Shown piece by piece: positions 1 to 6,758 of a stretch of 12,665 bases of DNA. The notes below the pieces were generated by a model that did no database searches, was not told the DNA's origin, and was given only the letters and a program-made list of their open reading frames with translations. Where the stretch lies: assembly GCA_029858565.1 (NCBI GenBank), contig JAOUEV010000079.1:1-12665 (forward strand), in the 5' to 3' direction. Source of the stretch: Nitrospirota bacterium. GTDB taxonomy: Bacteria; Nitrospirota; UBA9217. The stretch's first letter is position 1. Every line of letters starts with the position of its first letter. Made by a program: the position numbers and the translations under genes.

Positions 1-7
1 CTGATTG

Positions 8-101
8 GCCACGGATGGACACCGATGGACACGGATAACTGCGAGAATTGATATCAAAGAATATCCGCCTTCATCCGTGTGTATCCGTGTGAATCCGTGG
101 C
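8..101. repeat. Intergenic fold-back element built from 10-bp-period tandem repeats (REP/MITE-like)
   Basis: Left arm CACGGATGGA/CACCGATGGA/CACGGATAAC (10-39). Right arm ATCCGTGTGT/ATCCGTGTGA/ATCCGTGGCA (73-102), plus a degenerate unit at 63-72. GCCACGGAT (8-16) is the exact reverse complement of ATCCGTGGC (93-101), and ACACGGAT (29-36) of ATCCGTGT (73-80). Confidence 0.85.
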
Positions 102-165
102 AAGGAAAGTCTGTTTTTGATGTGCTCCTGCTCCCTGTCTCGCGGATCGCACACCCTGAAATTGC

Positions 166-891
166 TCACCAATGCAATTCATGCGGCGGACGGCGTACCG
201 CGTTCGTCCCGATGTTCGCTATCAATCCGTTGGACAGATGCACCACCCGGTCGGCCATGGCCGCGATGTCGGCGTTGTGGGTGATGATCACCGTGGGCGT
301 GCCGAGCTCGCGGTTCACCCGTTCGAGCGCTTCGAGCACCACCACGCCGGTCTCCGAGTCCAGCGCGCCCGTTGGCTCGTCGCAGAGCAGCACCGCCGGG
401 TTCTTGGAGATGGCCCGGGCTATGGCAATGCGCTGCTGTTCCCCGCCCGAGAGCTGGGACGGGAAATGGTCGAGCCGTTCCGAGAGGCCCACGAGGGAAA
501 GCGCGTCCTCGGGCCGCATGGGCTGCCGCGCGATCTCGGTCACCACGGACACGTTCTCCCGCGCCGTGAGGCTCGGGATCAGGTTGTAGAACTGGAACAC
601 GAAGCCCACCTGGTACCTGCGGTACTCGGTCAGCTCCTGCTCCGTGGCCAGGGTCAGTTCCTTGCCCCGGTAGGTGACCCTCCCGGCCGTGGCGCTGTCC
701 AGACCGCCCATGATGTTCAGGAGCGTTGACTTGCCGCTGCCCGAGGGGCCGAGCAGCACGATCAGCTCGCGCTCCGAAAGGTCCCAGTCAACTCCGCGCA
801 GGGCCTCCACCTTCACCTCGCCCATCACGTAGACCTTGGTGAGGCCGCGGACCTGGAAGACGACAGCGCTATCTGTTCTTTGATCATCCAT
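166..891 (-). CDS. ABC transporter ATP-binding protein, LolD/MacB(SalX)-type
   Basis: Walker [10 protein letters not shown]-loop GFVFQFYNL, signature LSGGEQQR, Walker B/D-loop [12 protein letters not shown]-loop ITHN. Start placed at the ATG at 891 (MDDQR..., 241 aa) because the ORF-track start at 930 lies inside a repeat element. The exact start is uncertain. Confidence 0.93.
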   Translation of the reverse strand: MDDQRTDSAVVFQVRGLTKVYVMGEVKVEALRGVDWDLSERELIVLLGPSGSGKSTLLNIMGGLDSATAGRVTYRGKELTLATEQELTEYRRYQVGFVFQFYNLIPSLTARENVSVVTEIARQPMRPEDALSLVGLSERLDHFPSQLSGGEQQRIAIARAISKNPAVLLCDEPTGALDSETGVVVLEALERVNRELGTPTVIITHNADIAAMADRVVHLSNGLIANIGTNAVRRPPHELHW

Positions 892-916
892 AGCAAAACA
901 AGACCAACGGCAATGT

Positions 917-985
917 TCGCACGAAGGCACGAAGAACTGCGCCGGAACGTCATGTCCTCTTCATGTCCTTTGTGGCTTTGTGAGA
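917..985. repeat. Intergenic fold-back element built from 8-bp-period repeats
   Basis: GCACGAAG x2 (919-934) and CTTTGTGG/CTTTGTGA (968-983). 917-937 pairs with 965-985 with two G-T wobbles and three mismatches. TCATGTCCT is also duplicated at 950-958 and 961-969. Confidence 0.7.
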
Positions 986-1090
986 GAACGATCTTTGTAC
1001 TTCTGTCGAGCCTGTCTAGTTCAAGTATATCCAAAGCGTTTCAGAGACGCAGAAAAATAGCCTGCCCATAGCATGAAATTGCACCTCGCC

Positions 1091-1119
1091 TTGCCATCAC
1101 TGCGTCCAAGCTCTATAAT
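1091..1119 (+). promoter_or_regulatory. Sigma-70-type promoter for the TolB-like gene, possibly also the downstream kinase
   Basis: TTGCCA (1091-1096), 17-bp spacer, perfect TATAAT (1114-1119), ending 32 nt before the ATG at 1152. Confidence 0.75.
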
Positions 1120-1151
1120 GTAGAAAGAGTATCCTTCTTGAGGGGGGTCCG

Positions 1152-2216
1152 ATGAACCGTCTTTTCACAGCAGCAGCGATCATCCTTGCATTCACCGGTT
1201 GTCCGAAGGCTCCCGGGCCGGGGCCGACCGTGCCGTTCTCAGGCGACCGTCACCTGGCGAATGTGACCGGGCTTACCACGGACGGGGACAACGGCGAGGC
1301 CTACTTTTCCAGGGACGGAAAGAAGCTCATCTTCCAGTCAAGCAGAGGCGGCTTTGCCTGCGACAAGATCTGGACCATGAACATCGACGGCACGGACAAG
1401 CGCATGGTCAGCCCTGACCACGGCGCCAATACCTGCTCGTTCTTCCTTCCTGACGGACGCATCGTCTACTCCTCAACGAGCCATATCCCGGGCGCTTGCC
1501 CGCCCAAACCTGCCACCCCGGCAGGCAGCCGCTATGTCTGGCCGCTCTATCCCTACGATATCTACATCGCCAATGCCGATGGTTCGGACCCCAAACCTCT
1601 TACGGACAATCCCAAGTACGATGCAGAGCCGGTGGTGACGTCGGACGGGAAGCGCATTGTTTTCGGCTCCCAGCGGGACGGCGACTTCGACATCTACAGC
1701 ATGAACAGCGACGGCACGGATGTGCGGCGGCTTACGGACCGGATGGGCTACGACGGCGGTCCCTGGTTCTCGCCTGACGGCACCAGGATCGCCTGGCGGG
1801 CCTGGTATCCCGAGACCGACGCCGAGAAGGCCCTTTGGAAGGACTGCATGGACAAGGACTACATCGTGGCCGTGCCGCTGGACATCTGGGTGATGAACAG
1901 CGACGGCTCGGACAAGCGGCTGTTGGTGAAGAACGGGGCGACCAACTGGGCGCCGTCGTGGCACCCCGACGGGAAGCGCATCATCTTTTCTTCCAACAAG
2001 GACGACTGGCGCGACGATATCAAGGCCTTTGGCCATAATTTCGAACTTTATATCATCAACCTCGACGGGACGGGACTTGAGCGGCTGACCTTCAACAGGA
2101 CCTTCGATTCCTTCCCCATGTTCTCGCCTGACGGGAAGAAGGTCGCTTTCGGATCGAACCGCGATCCGCTGAAGCCGCGCCAGACGGACATCTTTATCGC
2201 TGATTGGGAAGAATGA
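1152..2216 (+). CDS. TolB-like PD40 (WD40-like) beta-propeller lipoprotein
   Basis: Signal peptide with lipobox (MNRLFTAAAIILAFTG-C). Repeated PD40 motifs FSRDGKKLIF, FSPDGTRIAW, WHPDGKRIIF, FSPDGKKVAF and IxxMNxDG. Purine-rich RBS GAGGGGGG upstream. No Tol-Pal context, so not called tolB. Confidence 0.92.
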   Translation: MNRLFTAAAIILAFTGCPKAPGPGPTVPFSGDRHLANVTGLTTDGDNGEAYFSRDGKKLIFQSSRGGFACDKIWTMNIDGTDKRMVSPDHGANTCSFFLPDGRIVYSSTSHIPGACPPKPATPAGSRYVWPLYPYDIYIANADGSDPKPLTDNPKYDAEPVVTSDGKRIVFGSQRDGDFDIYSMNSDGTDVRRLTDRMGYDGGPWFSPDGTRIAWRAWYPETDAEKALWKDCMDKDYIVAVPLDIWVMNSDGSDKRLLVKNGATNWAPSWHPDGKRIIFSSNKDDWRDDIKAFGHNFELYIINLDGTGLERLTFNRTFDSFPMFSPDGKKVAFGSNRDPLKPRQTDIFIADWEE

Positions 2217-2222
2217 TAGACC

Positions 2223-2255
2223 GACACGGGGACACGGGGACAGGGAGACGCGGGG
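2223..2255 (+). repeat. 8-bp-period G-rich tandem repeat (GACACGGG-like x4) matching the G-quadruplex pattern
   Basis: Units GACACGGG, GACACGGG, GACAGGGA, GACGCGGG (2223-2254). G-tracts at 2228-31, 2236-39, 2243-45 and 2252-55, with loops of 4, 3 and 6 nt. Confidence 0.75.
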
Positions 2256-2280
2256 AAAATGCGAATCCCGGAGTGAATGG

Positions 2281-5200
2281 ATGAACGAAGAACGAAGGAT
2301 CAACGAGGAATTGAAAGCGGAGCTGGAGCAGCTCCGCAAACGCGCCCGGTACCTGGAACAGGAGCGCGGGAAGATGCAGGAAACGCTCACGGATGCCGAA
2401 GAGCGGTGCCAGCTGATCTGCGAGAATTCGCCGATCGGCATGGGATTCATCAACCTCGACGGCGTGCTCGTTGACTGCAATGACGCGCTCTCGTCGATCA
2501 TCGGCACCCCCCGGGACCGTTTGATCGGATTCCCGATGAAGACGGGTCTCACCAACGAGGCGGTTGCCGTTGCCCTGGCGCGGGCATTTGCGGGGCGCAC
2601 CGGCGCGTTCGAGGGCGAGTACGCGGGGGTAACGAGCGGCAAGACGACGTCCCTTCGGGCGATCTTTTCCCCGCTGTTCAGCAGGGACGGGATGCTCAGG
2701 GGAGTATTGTTCCTTGCAGAGGACATCAGCGAGCGCAAACAGATGGAAGAATCGCTCCGGCAGAGCGAGGAGCGGTATCGCCAGCTGTTCGAAGCGGAAT
2801 CGGACGCTCTGTTCCTGATCGACAACGAAACAGGCCGCATCCTCATGGCGAATGCCGCAGCCGCGGCCATGTATGGATTCAGCGAGGCGGAACTCCGGGA
2901 AAAGAAGAACACCGACCTGTCCGCGGAGCCGTCGGAGACCCGGCGGGTGACCGAGGAAACGCCGGTGCTGAAGGATGCCGCGGTGACCATTCCTCTCCGG
3001 TATCACCGCAAAAGAGACGGCGCGGTCTTTCCGGTGGAGATCACGGGCAGGTTCTTTGACTACAAGGGCCGGCCGGTCCACATCGCCGCCATCCGGGATA
3101 TCTCCGAACGCAAAAGGGCCGAGGAACAGCTTAAGGAAAGCGAGGAAAAGTACAAGTTCCTTATCGAGGCGACCAGGACCGGCTTTGTGATCATCAATGG
3201 TGAGGGACGCGTTCTTGATGCAAATGACGAGTATGTGCGCCTGAGCGGTCATGCCAAGCAGGAGGATATCCTCGGCAGGGGCGTGGTGGAGTGGACCGCC
3301 GCGCATGACCGGGAGCGCAATGCAGAGGAAGTGAAAAAGTGCGTGGAAACAGGATTCGTCCAAAACCTGGAGGTCGACTATGTGCACGAAAACGGCCGAA
3401 TTTCTCCGGTCGAGATAAATGCGACGGCCATGCGCACCGGCGGCGCGATACGGATATTCACCATCTGCAGGGACATCACCGAGCGCAAACGGGCGGAGGA
3501 GGCGCTCCGGGACAGCCGGCGGTTCCTGGAGGAGATCATTGAGTCTGCGCCCACCTGAATCAAGGTCATTGCTGCAGACGGGACTCTGCAGAGGATGAAC
3601 ACCGCGGGACTGGCAATGCTCGAAGCGGAATCCCTTGATCAGGTCAAAGGCCTCTGCGTCTATCCGATGGTATCCGGGGAATATCGGAAAGCGTTCGAGG
3701 CCCTGACGCGGGATGTCTTCAAAGGGGAAAGCCGAACACTGGAATTCAAAATGTCCGGTTTGAAAGGGCGGCCGCTCTGGCTCCACACGCATGCTGTCCC
3801 TCTGCGCAACGAACAGGGGGAGATCGTTTCAGTGCTTGCGATCACGACCGACATCACCGAGCGAAAGCTTGCAGAAGATGCGCAGAAAGAGAGCAAGCGA
3901 TCCCTCGGGAGGCTCATGGGCAATCTTCCGGGCATGGCCTACCGCTGCCGGAACGACCGGGACTGGACCATGGAGTACGTGAGCGAGGGCGCGCTCGACC
4001 TGACCGGCTACCAGCCGGCCGACCTCCGGGAGAACGCGAAGGTCGCGTACAACGAGCTGGTCGATCCCGAGGATCGGCAAGCCGTATGGGATGCAGTCCA
4101 GCAGGCGGTCCGGCAGAAACGGAAGTTCACGCTGAACTACCGGATCCGCACGGCCGATGGCAGGGAGAAGCGGGTCTGGGAGCAGGGGCAGGGGGTCTTT
4201 TCCGAGGAGGGAGACCTGCTCGCACTGGAGGGATTCATCACCGATGTTACCGAACGGCAGCTTCTCGAGGAGGAGCGTCTCAAGACCCAGAAGCTCGAGT
4301 CCATCGGCACGCTTGCCGGCGGCATTGCCCACGATTTCAACAATCTGCTGCAGGGCATGTTCGGGTACATTTCCATGGCCAAGGTGTCCCTGGACCAGAA
4401 GGAGAAAGCCGGCGCCATGCTCGAACAGGCGGAGAAGGCGCTGCACCAGTCCGTGAACCTGACGACCCAGCTTTTGACCTTCTCCAAGGGCGGCAGACCG
4501 GTCAGGAAGACGATCCCGCTCCGGCCGGTGATCGAGAACGCCGTGAAGTTCGCCCTGAGCGGATCCCGCCTGAACTACCGGATCGATATGGACGATCGGC
4601 TTCGGCCGGTGGAAATCGACGAAGGCCAGATCGGCCAGGTGATCCAGAACATCGTGCTGAACGCTGACCAGGCCATGCCCCTGGGCGGGAACATCAGGAT
4701 CGAGGCCCGGAACGTCCATACCGGGGACCCGGGGGTGCCGCAGACGCTGGCCCCGGGCGACTATGTCGCCATAGCGATCAGCGATAACGGCATCGGCATT
4801 CCGGAGCAGTTCCTGTCCCGCATCTTCGATCCCTATTTCACCACCAAGGAGAAGGGGAGCGGTCTGGGGCTTGCGACATCCTATTCCATAGTCAAGAACC
4901 ATGAAGGGATCATCGATGTCTCGTCCCAGGCAGGGACGGGCACGCTGTTCACGATCTACCTTCCCGCGCTTCCCGGCAGTGCGGCCGAGGCGGACATCGG
5001 TCCAGCTGCGGCGCCCCCGGCACGGCGGGGCCGCATCCTGGTGATGGATGACGAGGAGATCGTCCGGATGGTCTCGGGAGAGCTCATCCGGTCCCTGGGA
5101 CATGAGGTCGACTTCGCGGAGCACGGCGACGCCGCGGTCGTGAAGTTCCGGGAAGCAAGGACCGCGGGTCATCCTTTCGATGTGGTCATCCTGGACCTGA

Positions 5201-5400
5201 CGATCCGCGGCGGTATGGGCGGACTGGAGACGTTCCAAAAGCTGAAGGAGATCGATCCGGAGGTCAAGGCAGTGGTATCGAGCGGTTACTCCGACGACGC
5301 GATCGTCGCGAACTACCGGAAGCACGGGTTCCGGGCGTTCCTGAAGAAACCCTATGATCTCGCGGAATTGCGGAGCATTCTGGACTCCCGTATGGCATAA
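2281..5400 (+). CDS. Cytoplasmic hybrid sensor histidine kinase (coiled coil, 5 PAS/PAC, HisKA, HATPase_c, REC), 1039 aa with one in-frame TGA at codon 426; candidate selenoprotein, alternatively a nonsense-split pseudogene
   Basis: ORFs 2281-3558 and 3595-5400 share a frame and read continuously IIESAPT-TGA-IKVIAADGTLQRMNTAGLAMLEA. Five PAS domains end in DISER/DITER/DVTER. H-box GGIAHDFNNLL, N-box QVIQNIVLNA, G1 DNGIGI, F/G2 FDPYFTTK..GSGLGL, receiver ILVMDDE...ILDLTI...FLKKPY. SD GGAG at 2270-2273. No transmembrane segment seen. Confidence 0.88.
3566..3598 (+). promoter_or_regulatory. Putative bacterial SECIS hairpin
   Basis: Upper stem CTGCAGA (3572-78)/TCTGCAG (3585-91), a perfect 7 bp. 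Apical loop CGGGAC. Lower stem TCATT (3566-70)/GATGA (3594-98) beyond a 1x2 internal loop. There are 20 nt between the TGA and the loop. Confidence 0.6.
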
Positions 5401-5439
5401 TGCCGGAGACAGGGCGGCAGTGACCGACCGGCGGAAAGG

Positions 5440-6129
5440 ATGGCACGATTGGCGCAGCCATGGCAGAACATATCACAGCACGAGACGCGGGACGGCGTCC
5501 TTGAATTGCGCAGGCGGGGCGAGAAGGATTTCCTCATCCTGATCAACGGCAGGGTGCTGATGAACAGCAGCGCGAACCGGTCCGAGATCGCCCTGGGCGA
5601 GAGCGCCTGTCAGATGCTGGCCAGCCTGCAGCAGCCGCGGGTCCTGATCGGCGGTCTCGGCATGGGGCTCACGCTCCGCGCGGCGCTCGACGTCCTTCCT
5701 GCATCGGCAAAGGTCGTCGTTGCGGAGCTCAATCCGGTGGTCGTCTCCTGGTGCAGCGGACCGCTGGCGCCGCTTACCTCGGACGCCGTGGATGATCCGC
5801 GGGTGTTCGTGGTGATCGATGATGTGTCCGCGGTCATCGCCCGCGCGGCCCGTTCCGACGGCGAGCGGTTCGACGCCATTGTCATCGACCTCTACGAGGG
5901 GCCCCACGCGAAGACCGACGAGCAGAACGATCCCTTCTACGGCAGGCGTGCGCTCGGGAAGGTCCATGACGCGCTGGCCGCCGCCGGGGTCTTCGCAGTA
6001 TGGGGGGAGCAGCCCGATGCCGGGTTCGAGAAGCGGCTGGAATCAGCGGGATTCATCATTGAGCGCCAGCGGCCGGGCCGGGGCGGTCTGCGGCATGTGG
6101 TCTACCTGGCGCGGAAGAAGACGGAGTGA
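5440..6129 (+). CDS. Spermidine-synthase-like SAM-dependent methyltransferase-fold protein
   Basis: LMNS motif, motif I RVLIGGLGMGLTL, VVVAEL, FDAIVIDLYEGP, GVFAVW. An alternative TTG start at 5449 (MAQPW...) is better spaced from AAGGA at 5436-5440. Confidence 0.85.
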   Translation: MARLAQPWQNISQHETRDGVLELRRRGEKDFLILINGRVLMNSSANRSEIALGESACQMLASLQQPRVLIGGLGMGLTLRAALDVLPASAKVVVAELNPVVVSWCSGPLAPLTSDAVDDPRVFVVIDDVSAVIARAARSDGERFDAIVIDLYEGPHAKTDEQNDPFYGRRALGKVHDALAAAGVFAVWGEQPDAGFEKRLESAGFIIERQRPGRGGLRHVVYLARKKTE

Positions 6130-6141
6130 TCCCGGAGACGA

Positions 6142-6657
6142 TCAGCGCTTGCGCACATAAGTGACCTGCACGAGCCCGCTGTCAAAGGTAGTGCTGTCCA
6201 CCAGGGTGAGCCACGACGTGGGGAGCGGCGGACGGAAGAGCGGAATGCCGCCGCCGAGCACCACGGGATGGACGGATATGACGTAGGCGTCGATCAGGTT
6301 CTCCTGCATGAAAGCGCGGACCAGTTCAGCGCCGCCCACGAGCCAGATGTTCTTGCCCTGCCGCTGCCGGAGCCGGCTGACGAAGGTGTCCGGGCTCTCG
6401 GCGATGAACGCCACATGCTCATCGCGCCGGCCGGCATGCTGGCGGGAGAACACGTAGCCTTCCCTGCCCGGATAGGGGTAGCCTCCAAAGGTCAACGACT
6501 GTTCGTAGGTCTTGCGGCCCATCACGACCGTGTCCACGCCGGCGAAGAACTCCCGGTACCCGTAGTCCTGATCGCTGAACAGCCAGTCAATGCTGCCGTC
6601 GGCCCGGGCAATATAACCGTCAAGGCTTGTTGCGATATACAGGATAAGCGACCGCAT
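6142..6657 (-). CDS. Dihydrofolate reductase family protein (RibD C-terminal-like)
   Basis: YIATSLDGYIA, VVMGRKTYE, IWLVGGAEL, HPVVLGGGIPLF, SGLVQVTY. SD GGGAG upstream on the minus strand. Confidence 0.93.
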   Translation of the reverse strand: MRSLILYIATSLDGYIARADGSIDWLFSDQDYGYREFFAGVDTVVMGRKTYEQSLTFGGYPYPGREGYVFSRQHAGRRDEHVAFIAESPDTFVSRLRQRQGKNIWLVGGAELVRAFMQENLIDAYVISVHPVVLGGGIPLFRPPLPTSWLTLVDSTTFDSGLVQVTYVRKR

Positions 6658-6700
6658 CGTACGACTCCCGTTCTCCCCCTCATGACGCGAGACAATTCCC

Positions 6701-6729
6701 TTTACCTGTTCCCGCGTCTATCATACAAT
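6701..6729 (+). promoter_or_regulatory. Putative sigma-70 promoter for the M28 peptidase/methyltransferase pair
   Basis: TTTACC (6701-6706), 17 bp, TACAAT (6724-6729) in the divergent intergenic region. A possible overlapping minus-strand extended -10 (TGcTATATT, 6735-6727) could serve the DHFR-family gene. Confidence 0.5.
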
Positions 6730-6758
6730 ATAGCATATCCCGATACCCTGGAGGTCTG

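Noticed and set aside
8-101. CRISPR array or intrinsic terminator interpretation of the repeats
   Set aside because: Units are 10 bp with no unique spacers, there are no cas genes in the window, and there is no compact stem with an adjacent U-tract.
5-729. Plus-strand ORFs 5-589 and 172-729
   Set aside because: Antisense to the ABC ATPase; the N-terminus of 5-589 is just the translated repeat element.
1473-5325. Long antisense ORFs 1473-2990, 2194-3792 and 3829-5325
   Set aside because: Shadow frames opposite well-supported GC-rich genes, with no recognisable motifs.
3595-5400. Treating the 601-aa ORF and the 425-aa ORF (2281-3558) as two independent genes
   Set aside because: They share a frame, the break is inside a PAS domain, the 12 intervening codons continue the PAS sequence, and ATG 3595 has no properly spaced SD.
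131-5414. GACAGGG found shortly after three stop codons (133-139 on the minus strand, 2239-2245, 5408-5414)
   Set aside because: A 7-mer noticed post hoc in GC-rich DNA with no shared flanking structure; it cannot be distinguished from chance without genome-wide counts.
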